DNA of 64,000 nucleotides from Acidobacteriota bacterium (GTDB taxonomy: Bacteria; Acidobacteriota; Polarisedimenticolia; SMYD01), in the NCBI GenBank assembly GCA_046757405.1, contig JBHHYE010000008.1:1944-65943 (forward strand). The letters run 5' to 3'. The translations under genes and the position numbers were made by a program. This document shows, in pieces, positions 10,233 through 19,188 of this stretch (positions are counted from its first letter, which is position 1; every line of letters begins with the position of its first letter). The notes below the pieces were generated by a model. That model ran no database searches. It had not been told where the DNA came from and worked only from the letters and a program-made list of their open reading frames with translations.

Positions 10233-12341
10233 ATGGAATTGACGAACGTGGCACAGAGTGATCGCCGGGAGGTGCACCTCCTCGAATACTGGCGGGTGAT
10301 CTGGTCGGGCAAGTGGACCATTGCCGCGGTCAGCGTGGTGGTCCTGGCGACGGTGGCCATCGCCACCTTTCTCCAGACTCCCGTCTACCGCGCCACGGTG
10401 CGGGTGGAGGTCTCCCCCCGCACCAAGAGTGTGGCTCCGGGGAGTGATTTCTCGCAGCTCGGGGCGGGCTGGGGCTGGCTCGCCGAGGAGCGGTACCTGA
10501 ACACCCAGCTCGAGATCCTCAAGAGCCGGGACCTGGCGGCGCGGGTGCTCCAGGATCTCGGGCTCGATCAGGTACCCGGCGCCCCCCGGGTCGGCGACCC
10601 GGTGGAAGCCCTGAGGAGCCGCATCGAGGTGGAGGCCATTCCGGACGCCAACATCCTGGAAATCAGCATGGAAGGAACCGATCCCGCGGAGATCCAGCGT
10701 CGTGTCAACACCCTGGCCCGAGTCTACGTGGACCGCAACGTGGAGATCGCGGTGGAGGCCACTTCCCGGACCCTGGACGAGCTTCTCCGCCAGATGCAGC
10801 CTCTGCGCGAAAAGATTCGCACCAGGGAGCACACCCTTCTCGCCATGGCCCGGGAGAAGAAGCTTTACATTCCCGAGAGCCAGACGACGACCATGGGCGA
10901 GCGGATCAGCCAGCTCCAGGCAGAGCTGACCAATGTCCAGATCGAACGCGGGAGGCTGGAGGCGGTCTTCCAGGAGATTTCCCGGCTGGAAAGCGAAGGG
11001 GGAGACTACCAGACCCTGCCCCAGGTGGCCGACGACGAGGCGGTCCAGGATCTCGATCGCCAGGCCAAGAGCCTGGAGAAGGACCTGGAGCGCATGTCGG
11101 TCTCCTATCTGGACAAGCATCCGAAGATGATCGAAGCGCGATCCCAGCTCGCGGAGATCCGGCGGAAGCTTGGACGGGAGATCGACCGGATCATTTCAAA
11201 GATCAAGGCCGAGCATTCCATCGCCCGGCAGAGGGAGCGCAACCTCGAGGAGCGTCTCACCCGGGCCAAGGAAGAATCTCTGGATCTGACCGTGGCCTCC
11301 ACCGACTACAAGATCCTCAAGTCGGAGATCCAGGAAGACAAGCGGATCTACGACCTGATTCTCTCCCGGATCAAGGAGATCGACCTGAATCAGGAAACCT
11401 TGAACAACAACATCAGGGTCCTCGATCAGGCGGTTCTGCCCACGGCCCCGGTGCGCCCCAGGAAGGCCCTCAATCTCCTGGCCGGCGGCCTCCTGGGGCT
11501 CCTCCTGGGCATGGGAACCGTGATCTTCATGGACTACCTGGACAACACCGTGAAATCGGCCGAGGATGTGGAACAGTACCTGGGGTTGCATATCCTGGCG
11601 GTGGTTCCCCGGAAGCGCAAGGACACCAGCAGCTCGGTGAAGGAGGCCTTCCAGACCCTGCGCACGTCGTTGCTGTTCTCCAGCAAGGCGCGCAGCCTGA
11701 ACACCTTGCTGGTCACCAGCGCCGGTCCCGGCGAGGGGAAAACCAGCACGGGGGTGGGCCTGGCCCGCAAGCTCGCCTCGGCCGGCGACCGGGTCATCCT
11801 CGTCGACGCGGATCTCCGCCGGCCCACGGTGCACACCCAGCTCGGCATCGAGAGGGGCGGCGGATTGACCAACTACCTGCTGTCCACCGAGGGAGGGCAG
11901 GCCTGGCTCCGGTACCTGAAGGAGATCCCGGCCGCACCCAACTTGAAGGCGATCACCTGCGGACCGATCCCCCCCAATCCGCCGGAGCTGTTCAGCACCG
12001 AGAAATTCATCGACCTGATGACCCAGTTGAAGAAAAACTTCGACTGGGTGGTCCTCGACTCTCCGCCGCTGGCGAGCCTCTCCGACTCGCTGGTTCTCGC
12101 ATCCCTGGTGGACATGGTCGCCCTGGTGATCAAGCACAACCAGAACGATCGGGATCTGATCAGACGATCCACGGTCAGCCTGAAAAAGATCAACGCCAAT
12201 ATCATCGGCGCGGTCCTCAACAATATCGACCTTTCCCGCAGCACCTACAAGGATTACTACTACGCCGGCTACTATTACTACGGCCGGGGCCGCGAGGAAG
12301 AAGACGTGGAAACGCCCGTGGAGGCGGGCGAGCGCGCGTGA
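10233..12341 (+). CDS. wzc: Polysaccharide co-polymerase / BY-tyrosine autokinase (Wzc-like)
   Basis: Wzz-type N-terminal region with two TM helices and a long coiled-coil periplasmic domain. The C-terminal P-loop kinase has Walker A SAGPGEGKTST, A' VILVDADLRRP and B VVLDSPP, ending in the Tyr cluster YKDYYYAGYYYYGRG. Confidence 0.85.
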   Translation: MELTNVAQSDRREVHLLEYWRVIWSGKWTIAAVSVVVLATVAIATFLQTPVYRATVRVEVSPRTKSVAPGSDFSQLGAGWGWLAEERYLNTQLEILKSRDLAARVLQDLGLDQVPGAPRVGDPVEALRSRIEVEAIPDANILEISMEGTDPAEIQRRVNTLARVYVDRNVEIAVEATSRTLDELLRQMQPLREKIRTREHTLLAMAREKKLYIPESQTTTMGERISQLQAELTNVQIERGRLEAVFQEISRLESEGGDYQTLPQVADDEAVQDLDRQAKSLEKDLERMSVSYLDKHPKMIEARSQLAEIRRKLGREIDRIISKIKAEHSIARQRERNLEERLTRAKEESLDLTVASTDYKILKSEIQEDKRIYDLILSRIKEIDLNQETLNNNIRVLDQAVLPTAPVRPRKALNLLAGGLLGLLLGMGTVIFMDYLDNTVKSAEDVEQYLGLHILAVVPRKRKDTSSSVKEAFQTLRTSLLFSSKARSLNTLLVTSAGPGEGKTSTGVGLARKLASAGDRVILVDADLRRPTVHTQLGIERGGGLTNYLLSTEGGQAWLRYLKEIPAAPNLKAITCGPIPPNPPELFSTEKFIDLMTQLKKNFDWVVLDSPPLASLSDSLVLASLVDMVALVIKHNQNDRDLIRRSTVSLKKINANIIGAVLNNIDLSRSTYKDYYYAGYYYYGRGREEEDVETPVEAGERA

Positions 12342-12769
12342 TCCCGGCGCCGGTGCGGTCGGTCCTGTGCCTGGCGGCCGCGGCCGCTCTTTCGTCCGGC
12401 TGTCAGAAGCCGGACCCCCTGGCCTGGAGTCTCGCCCAGCGCCGTCTGTACCAGGTGGCGGTGGTCACTTTCAGCCAGAGAGAGGGCGGGGATTACCTGG
12501 TGGAGCTGGAGGTCCGCACGCCGATGGGCGGGAAGCTGAAAACACTGACCGCCACGCTGCGCCAGCACGACGCGTCCCACGCCGTCCTGAGAGAAGACCG
12601 GGTGCCGCTGGATCTGACCCCCATGGATGCGACCGGGAGCTTGCGAGTCTATGCGCGGATTCCGGCCGCTAACGGGCCTGTGGATTCCCTGAGCGCCCTG
12701 GTCGAGCTCGATCCGCCGCGCTCCGACTACAATCAGTTTCCCGAGCTTGATGACCTGGTTGCTCATTAG
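12338..12769 (+). CDS. Hypothetical secreted protein / probable lipoprotein
   Basis: GTG start overlaps the wzc stop. Signal peptide with a Cys (LCLAAAAALSSGCQ). No recognisable domain. Confidence 0.5.
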   Translation: MIPAPVRSVLCLAAAAALSSGCQKPDPLAWSLAQRRLYQVAVVTFSQREGGDYLVELEVRTPMGGKLKTLTATLRQHDASHAVLREDRVPLDLTPMDATGSLRVYARIPAANGPVDSLSALVELDPPRSDYNQFPELDDLVAH

Positions 12770-12802
12770 CCCGGTGAAGTCGTAGGCGGGGCTCCCTTTT
12801 CC

Positions 12803-13468
12803 GTGGCTTCCGCTGCAGGACGCGCGTCAGGCCTTGGCGCACCGGTGATCTCCCTGGTCGCCGCCGGTTTCATCCGGCTGCTGAGATCCACCATGCGGCT
12901 GCGGCACCTGGGGCGCGAGGAGCTCGAGGAGCTGGAAGCGCAGGGCCGGGCCTGCATCCTCGCCTTCTGGCACGGGCGCTTTCTGATGATGCCGTATTGT
13001 TACCGGCGCGGGCGCATCACCATCTTGATCTCCCGGAACCGGGACGGGGAGCTGATTGCGCGCACCATGAGCTGGTTCGGTCATGACGCCACGCGGGGCT
13101 CGTCGTCCCGCGGCGGTGCGGCGGCGCTCAAGGAGGTGGTCAAGCGCCTCCGGGACGGCTGGGACGTGGCCTTCACACCGGACGGCCCCCGGGGACCCAG
13201 GTTCAGGGTTCAGCCGGGCGTCATCCAGGCGGCGCGGCTCAGCGGAGCCCCCATCATCCCCGTCGGCTTTTCGGCCCGGCCGGCCGTGAGCTTTCATTCG
13301 TGGGACCGGTTTCTCCTTCCCTTGCCGTTCTCGCGCGGGACCTTCTCCTACGGACGGTCGCTGGAGGTGCCACGCGATGCGGACGGGGCCCTCATGGAGC
13401 GGCTCCGGGTGGAGCTGGAGGCGCGCATGCGCGCTCTCAGCGGGCCCGCTGAAGGCTCCCCTGAATGA
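12803..13468 (+). CDS. DUF374-family lysophospholipid-acyltransferase-like protein
   Basis: ILAFWHGRFLMMPY...GELIARTMSWFGHDATRGSS.RGGAAALKE...DGPRGPRF.VQPG matches the DUF374/LPLAT-like family. Confidence 0.6.
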   Translation: MASAAGRASGLGAPVISLVAAGFIRLLRSTMRLRHLGREELEELEAQGRACILAFWHGRFLMMPYCYRRGRITILISRNRDGELIARTMSWFGHDATRGSSSRGGAAALKEVVKRLRDGWDVAFTPDGPRGPRFRVQPGVIQAARLSGAPIIPVGFSARPAVSFHSWDRFLLPLPFSRGTFSYGRSLEVPRDADGALMERLRVELEARMRALSGPAEGSPE

Positions 13469-13471
13469 GTC

Positions 13472-14845
13472 TCAGAACCGGCGGACCACGGCCCGGAACT
13501 TCCCGCGGCTCGTCCTGGCGATGGCGTCCACCGGGCGCACCAGGATCTCCACGGACGGCCCGAGGCGCTCGGCCAGTGCTCCGGCGAGAGCCGGCCCGGT
13601 GTCCGGTGCGAAGCCCGGTCCGGGCACGACCTTCATCACCACGCGGCCGGGCGTTTCCTGGATGATCTGAACCTCGTCGATTCCCCGCATTCCCTTGAAG
13701 ACCGGATCCAGCCGGCCCACCCGGCGGCCGTCGGGCAGGATGAGAAGATCGTCGGTCCGTCCGACCACCTTCTGGAGGACGGGATAAGGGCGGCCGCAGG
13801 CGCAGGTGCCGGAGCCGAGGGACACCGTGTCGCCGACCCGGAAGCGGATGAGCGGCATGGCCCGGTTCATGTAGCCCGTGGTGATCACTTCTCCGGTGGC
13901 CGCGCCGCCCCTGCCATCCGGGCCGAGGATCTCGGTGTAGGAGTATGCCGTATCCAGGTGGAGACAGCCCTGCCGGCAGTCCCCGGCAAAGATGCTCATC
14001 TCGGCATTTCCGTACTGGTTGAACACGGGGCAGTGGAAGGCGTCACGCAAGAGGCGCCGATCCTCCGGGACCAGGGTCTCGGCGCTCAGAAGGATGGCTC
14101 GGGGCCGGGGAAGGTCCTGTCCTGTCCGGAGGGCGAAGCGCGCCAGGGTGAGCAGCGCCGAGGGATAGGCCTGGATCTCCTCCGGCTGGAGCCGGAGCAG
14201 ATGGCGGATGTAGGCCGGCAGGGTGGCGGGGCTCATATGGTAAACGGAGAAGAGTGTGTTGTCCTGGGCCCAATCCCGGACCCAGAAGGGAGGGCGATGG
14301 CGGGCGGCCGGCCAGAGAACCCGCCCGTTGAAGGTGGCCCGCCGCCGCGCGCGGTGGGTTCCAGCCCAGATCCGGAACCGCTCGTAGTAAGCGTAGTGAA
14401 GCCGCAGCGACTCCAGATCGACCGGCACCGCCAGGGGAGAGCCGGTGGTGCCGGAGGTTTCCCGGACGGCCAGGGGGGGACGGACCGCGCGGCTGAGGAA
14501 CTGGCGGGGAGAGGAACGGACGGTGGCCTTGTCCAGGATTGGGATGTGCTCCAGGCCGGATGGGAGGGGCAGCGTCGCCGGGTCGATCCCTTCCTGGCGG
14601 AACAGGCGGCGGTAGAAAGGCACGTCCCGGCCGGCCCGCACCAGCGTCCGACGGAGCCGTTCCAGGGAGAGTTGCTCCAGGGCCTCCGGCGAGAGACGCT
14701 CCTCGGCCAGGACCGCCTGCAGGCGCCTGGCCACGCCGCCGCCGTACCGCCGGCGGTTGAGGCCCCATCCGTAGAGCGAGCACAGGATGTCCTTCAGGGG
14801 GCGGGGACTCTGGCGGAAGACCTGCTCGGAAAGGCGGGCACCCAC
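13472..14845 (-). CDS. Phenylacetate-CoA ligase-like adenylate-forming enzyme (CapK / F390-synthetase family)
   Basis: AMP-binding motif TSGTTGSP and PaaK-like architecture, as in capsule CapK proteins. Convergent with the DUF374 gene. Confidence 0.7.
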   Translation of the reverse strand: MGARLSEQVFRQSPRPLKDILCSLYGWGLNRRRYGGGVARRLQAVLAEERLSPEALEQLSLERLRRTLVRAGRDVPFYRRLFRQEGIDPATLPLPSGLEHIPILDKATVRSSPRQFLSRAVRPPLAVRETSGTTGSPLAVPVDLESLRLHYAYYERFRIWAGTHRARRRATFNGRVLWPAARHRPPFWVRDWAQDNTLFSVYHMSPATLPAYIRHLLRLQPEEIQAYPSALLTLARFALRTGQDLPRPRAILLSAETLVPEDRRLLRDAFHCPVFNQYGNAEMSIFAGDCRQGCLHLDTAYSYTEILGPDGRGGAATGEVITTGYMNRAMPLIRFRVGDTVSLGSGTCACGRPYPVLQKVVGRTDDLLILPDGRRVGRLDPVFKGMRGIDEVQIIQETPGRVVMKVVPGPGFAPDTGPALAGALAERLGPSVEILVRPVDAIARTSRGKFRAVVRRF

Positions 14846-14902
14846 CTGCGCAGTATAGGTCTTTCTTGACCTGGTGGTGGGGGGTCGCTACGATCATCTG
14901 TC

Positions 14903-15478
14903 ATGCCGATCCGCGAGATCCCATCCGATGCGCTCCGGTCGGAGCCCGGCGGTTCCGAGGCCGCCGGGTTCAAGCACCTGATGTTCACCACCCGTGTCCA
15001 GGATCTGGTCAACTGGTCGCGAAAAAACTCGCTCTGGCCCATGCCCCTGGGGCTCGCCTGCTGCGCCATCGAGATGATGGCCACGGTGGCGCCCCGGTAC
15101 GACCTGGCCCGCTTCGGCGCCGAGGCCATGCGTTTCACGCCGCGCCAGTGCGATCTGATGATCGTGGCCGGGACGCTGACCAAGAAGATGGCGGGACCGG
15201 CGCGCAAGGTTTATGACCAGATGCCGAGTCCCAAGTGGGTGATCGCCATGGGAGCGTGTGCGTCCACCGGAGGAATGTACGGCACCTATTCCACGGTCCA
15301 GGGGTGCGACTGCATCTTCCCGGTGGATGTCTACATCCCGGGCTGCCCTCCCCGGCCCGAGGCGCTGATCCATGGGGTCATGGCGATCCAGCGCCAGATC
15401 GGCGAGGGACGGCCCAGCGCCGCGGAACGCTCGGAGGCGGCGATGGAAGCCGCCATGGCCCGTCCTTCCTCCCGCTGA
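14903..15478 (+). CDS. nuoB: NADH-quinone oxidoreductase subunit B (NuoB / 20-kDa PSST), orphan copy
   Basis: Near-canonical NuoB core [17 protein letters not shown]...[42 protein letters not shown]...[17 protein letters not shown], with all four N2-cluster Cys. No other nuo genes are adjacent. The start may instead be the internal ATG at ~14981 ([12 protein letters not shown]). Confidence 0.85.
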   Translation: MPIREIPSDALRSEPGGSEAAGFKHLMFTTRVQDLVNWSRKNSLWPMPLGLACCAIEMMATVAPRYDLARFGAEAMRFTPRQCDLMIVAGTLTKKMAGPARKVYDQMPSPKWVIAMGACASTGGMYGTYSTVQGCDCIFPVDVYIPGCPPRPEALIHGVMAIQRQIGEGRPSAAERSEAAMEAAMARPSSR

Positions 15479-15491
15479 CCGGGGGGCCGGG

Positions 15492-16685
15492 ATGGTTCAT
15501 CGGCCCGCTCCTCCCGATCATCCTGGAGAGCCCGGGCTGGTGGCGATCATCCTGCAGGAGATCCGAGAGAGCGGACCGCTGCCGTTTTCCCGGTTCCAGG
15601 ATCTGGCGCTCTACCACCCGGAGTTTGGTTACTACAGCCGCGGCGCCGGCCCCGGGCGCGGGGAAGGCGATTTTCTCACCGCGCCGGAGATATCGGCCGG
15701 CTTCGGCGAGCTGGTGGGCGTCCAGGTGGCCGAGATGGCCGGGAAGCTGGGCCATCCCCCCGATTTTCAGGTCGTGGAGTGCGGCGGCGGGCGGGGCTCG
15801 CTGGCGGCCTCCCTCCTGGACTCCTGGAAGCGTTCCCGGGCGCCGCTCTACCGCCCGGCCGTCTATCACCTGGTGGAACGGAGCGCCGCCCTCGAGGAGG
15901 AGCAGCGCAGGGCGCTGGCGGGCCATGGCGATGTTGTGGTGTGGGACGCCGCCCGGGAGGACGGCCCCGGCAGGAGCTCGAGCCGGCCGCCCGGAGTGAT
16001 CCTCATGAACGAGGTCCTTGACGCGCTTCCCGTGGACCGGATCGTGCGGGGCCGGGACGGCCTGGAGGAGATCTGCGTGGGGGTCCGGGATGGGCGGCTG
16101 GTGGAGGTCCGGCAACCGCTGCGGGAGGATCTCATGCGGGAGGTTTCCGCCTGCCTGCCCGCAGGGTGCGGCAGCCTGGCGCCCGGGCAGCAGGTGGAGA
16201 TCCGCCCTGGTCTGGCCCGGTTTCTGCGCCAGGCCGCGGCCCGCATCGGCAGAGGTTACCTGCTGGTGATCGATTACGGCCTGCCGGCGGCGGAGCTTTA
16301 CGGAGCCCGAAGAAAGCAGGGGACTCTGCTCGCCTACTTTCAGCATCAGGCCACGGAAGACCTCCTGTCCCGGGTGGGATGGCAGGATCTCACGGCCCAT
16401 GTGGATCTGACCCGCCTGACCCGGGCGGCGGCGGAGCTGCGGTTCCGGCGGGCGGGCGAGACGACCCAGATGCGTTTTCTCCTGGCCCTGGGCCTGGGGA
16501 CCCGGATCGAGACGCTGGCGGCCGGGGAGCAATCGCCGGCCCGGGTCCGGGAGCGGGTCGATCTGACCGCCCTCATCCGGCCGGGCGGAATGGGGGATCT
16601 GTTCCGTGTCTGGATCGGCGCGCGGCAGGCCTCGGCGGAGGTGGCGGGCCTGCGCGAGCCGGATCTGCCGTCTTCACAGCAGTGA
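15492..16685 (+). CDS. NDUFAF7/MidA-family (DUF185, Methyltransf_28) SAM-dependent methyltransferase
   Basis: GDFLTAPEISAGFGELVG...FQVVECGGGRGSL aligns with the GDFITSPEISQIFGELLG...FQLVELGPGRGTL region of NDUFAF7. The track ORF starts at 15372 inside nuoB; I place the start at ATG 15492. Confidence 0.7.
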   Translation: MVHRPAPPDHPGEPGLVAIILQEIRESGPLPFSRFQDLALYHPEFGYYSRGAGPGRGEGDFLTAPEISAGFGELVGVQVAEMAGKLGHPPDFQVVECGGGRGSLAASLLDSWKRSRAPLYRPAVYHLVERSAALEEEQRRALAGHGDVVVWDAAREDGPGRSSSRPPGVILMNEVLDALPVDRIVRGRDGLEEICVGVRDGRLVEVRQPLREDLMREVSACLPAGCGSLAPGQQVEIRPGLARFLRQAAARIGRGYLLVIDYGLPAAELYGARRKQGTLLAYFQHQATEDLLSRVGWQDLTAHVDLTRLTRAAAELRFRRAGETTQMRFLLALGLGTRIETLAAGEQSPARVRERVDLTALIRPGGMGDLFRVWIGARQASAEVAGLREPDLPSSQQ

Positions 16686-16775
16686 GGCCATGGCTTCCTC
16701 GGATCGGCTGAAGCTCCCGGTAGGCTCCCAGTCCGCGTGCCGGAGCTCGTAACGATAGGCGAAGTACTGTTCCAT

Positions 16776-17933
16776 TCAGCCAGGCCCGGGGTCCAGGAGG
16801 GTCTCGTAGACCGCCTGGACGCGGGACACGTGAAGCCTGGGAGCGAAGCGCCGGAGAGCCTGCCGGCGCGCCTGGGCCGACAGCTCCTGATACCGCCCGG
16901 GGTCGTCAAGACAGTCCATGGCGGCCCGGGCGATCTCCTCGATGTGGTCCGCCTGAACGATCCGCCCGGTGACCCCGTCCTCGACCACTTCGGGCACCCC
17001 GCCGGAGGCCACCGCGACCACCGGGATCCCGCGCGCCATGGCCTCCATGAGCACGCGGCCGAATGCCTCGTGCACGCCCGGGTGGACCAGCAGGTCGAGC
17101 TGCCGGTAGACCTCTTCCGGGTCGGGCACGAAGCCGGGCCAGTGAAAGCGGTGCTCCAGTCCCAGCGCCCGGACCCGCTCCTGGAGACGTTCCACCATCT
17201 GTTCCTCTCCGGAGGTGGGCCGCCCGGCGACGATAAAGCGCGCCCGGGGAAAACGGGCCGCCAGGAGACCGGCGACCTCGATGAAGACGCTGGTCCGTTT
17301 CTGAGGGCTGATGAACCCCAGACAGCCGATGACCGGTCCTGCGCCGGTGGCGGGCCGCCGGAGCGGCGGGCAAGACTCCAGCGCATTCGGGATCACCACG
17401 GCCTTCTGGCGGGCCGCGGGAGGGACCGAGACGCGCCGCACATATTCGCTGATGCAGATCATCCGGTCGGCCAGCCCGGCGATGATGCGGAGGCTCAGGC
17501 CGCGTCCGAACCGCAGGTCGTATCGGGCGTAATCCAGTCCCTCGCGCAGGTGCCAGACGTGGGGCACCGGGGCCAGGCGGGCGGCCAGCCCTCCGCCCAG
17601 AGGAAAGACCGTGTTGGTGTGAACCAGCCGCACGGACTCCCGCTCCATGAGCGATCCCAGGCGGACCAGGTTGAGCCCGTTGCGGGCGGCGGCCTTGGCC
17701 CGGGCCACGGCCGGTCCGGTCCGCCGGGTCAGGGTGGAGAGGGGGAGCAGGGTCCACGGGACCTCCAGGTCGCGCAGCCGGTCGAGGAACGGCCCCGGTC
17801 CCGGCGCCACGGCCAGGGGGCGAAAGCGGGCGCGATCCAGACCGGAGAGGAGCACGGCGAGGCTCCGGTTGGCCCCGCCGCTGGTGGTGCTGTTCAGGAT
17901 GTAGAGAATGGTCTGGCGCCGCGGATCGCTCAT
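16776..17933 (-). CDS. Glycosyltransferase family 4 (GT-B, RfaB/WcaL-like)
   Basis: GT4 C-terminal motifs LLVHPGVHEAFGRVLMEAMARGIPVVAVASGGVPEVVEDGVTG. I place the start at MSDPRRQTILYILNST (ATG 17933); the 5' part of the track ORF is Arg/Pro-rich and implausible. Confidence 0.75.
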   Translation of the reverse strand: MSDPRRQTILYILNSTTSGGANRSLAVLLSGLDRARFRPLAVAPGPGPFLDRLRDLEVPWTLLPLSTLTRRTGPAVARAKAAARNGLNLVRLGSLMERESVRLVHTNTVFPLGGGLAARLAPVPHVWHLREGLDYARYDLRFGRGLSLRIIAGLADRMICISEYVRRVSVPPAARQKAVVIPNALESCPPLRRPATGAGPVIGCLGFISPQKRTSVFIEVAGLLAARFPRARFIVAGRPTSGEEQMVERLQERVRALGLEHRFHWPGFVPDPEEVYRQLDLLVHPGVHEAFGRVLMEAMARGIPVVAVASGGVPEVVEDGVTGRIVQADHIEEIARAAMDCLDDPGRYQELSAQARRQALRRFAPRLHVSRVQAVYETLLDPGPG

Positions 17934-18033
17934 CTGGTCAGCCGGGGGAACGGGGGCCTGATGGAGGGGCGGGGGGAAGCCGGGGGAAAGGGCACCAGGG
18001 GAGGTCCGGGGCGATCTCCCGGCGCGGCGGCCT

Positions 18034-19188
18034 CTACGCCCGCTCGTCCAGGGGCTGGAACCTCCTGTCATGTGGGCCCACGTATTCGCACCGGGGACGG
18101 ATCAGGCGGTTGTCGGCGAGCTGCTCCATCACGTGGCTGGACCAGCCGGCGATCCGCGAGCAGGCGAAGACGGCCGGGAAAATGCGCGGCGGGATCCCCA
18201 GGGAGCGGTACGCGGACGCCGAATAGAAATCCACGTTGGGGTAGAGACCCTTCTCCTGCATCATCACCTCCCCCATGGCCGCCGACATGTCGAACCAGCG
18301 GCTGTCTCCGGCATTCCGGCCCAGGGCCTCGGCCATCTTCTTGAGGTGCACCGCCCGGGGATCCATGGTGCGGTAGACCCGGTGTCCGAAACCCATCACC
18401 CTCTCCTTGCGGCGGAGCTTTTCCTTGACCCAGGCCGGGACCCGTTCCACCGTGCCGATCTCCTCCAGGGCTTGCATCACGGCTCGGTTGGCGCCGCCGT
18501 GCAGAGGTCCCTTGAGAGTGGCAATGGCGGCCACCGTGGCGGAGTGCATGTCGGCAAGCGTCGAGGCGGCCACCCGCGCCGCGAACGTCGAAGCGTTGAA
18601 ACCGTGCTCCCCATGCAATACCAGCGCCAGATCTAAGGCTTCCACGGCCGTTCGAGACGGTTCCTCGCCCCCGAGCATGGCCAGGAAGCTGGCGGCCTGC
18701 CCGTGGCGCGGGTCCGGCGGCACGGGCTCCAGGCCCTGGGAAAGCCGTGTGTGCGCCGCGAGGATGGTGCCCATCTGCGCGGTCAGCCGGATGGCCTTGC
18801 GGTGATTCGCCTCCGGTGAGGATCGGGCGGTATCGGGGTCGAAGATCGAGGCGAGGGAGACGGCGCTTCGCAAGCTCTCCATGGCGCCGGCCGACTTCGG
18901 GAGAGAGCGCAGCATGGCCATGACGGGTGCGGCAAGCGGACGACCGGCCGCCAGGGCGTCCCGGAGCTGATCCAGCTCCTGGCGGTTGGGCAGCTCTCCC
19001 GTCCAGAGGAGGTGTGCGGTTTCCTCGAAGCTGGCCCGGCCGGCCAGCTCATGGATGTTGTAGCCGCGATAGGCCAGGATTCCCTCGGCTCCGTCGATGA
19101 AGCACCGGGAACTGGTGGTGATGACGACCCCGGCGAGACCGGCGGCGGTGTCGGGCGGGCCACTGGGAGGGGGCGGTGTCGTGCTCAT
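18034..19188 (-). CDS. Citrate synthase family (citrate / 2-methylcitrate synthase, ~380-aa type)
   Basis: Citrate-synthase signatures GFGHRVYRTMDPRA and GYNIHELA, with catalytic His/Asp context and the expected length. Confidence 0.8.
   Translation of the reverse strand: MSTTPPPPSGPPDTAAGLAGVVITTSSRCFIDGAEGILAYRGYNIHELAGRASFEETAHLLWTGELPNRQELDQLRDALAAGRPLAAPVMAMLRSLPKSAGAMESLRSAVSLASIFDPDTARSSPEANHRKAIRLTAQMGTILAAHTRLSQGLEPVPPDPRHGQAASFLAMLGGEEPSRTAVEALDLALVLHGEHGFNASTFAARVAASTLADMHSATVAAIATLKGPLHGGANRAVMQALEEIGTVERVPAWVKEKLRRKERVMGFGHRVYRTMDPRAVHLKKMAEALGRNAGDSRWFDMSAAMGEVMMQEKGLYPNVDFYSASAYRSLGIPPRIFPAVFACSRIAGWSSHVMEQLADNRLIRPRCEYVGPHDRRFQPLDERA

Noticed and set aside
14903-14990. Apparent 1-nt discrepancy between my hand translation of the displayed sequence and the ORF-track protein for nuoB near 14940
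   Set aside because: The ORF track is internally consistent across two frames, and the start and stop positions match the display. I attribute the mismatch to my own manual indexing error, not a frameshift or pseudogene.
15378-16532. 384-aa minus-strand ORF antisense to the MidA-family gene
   Set aside because: Low-complexity P/G/R-rich translation. The sense frame aligns with NDUFAF7 conserved blocks.
16737-18344. 535-aa plus-strand ORF spanning the GT4 and citrate synthase genes
   Set aside because: It is antisense to two well-supported genes and Gly/Pro/Arg-rich.
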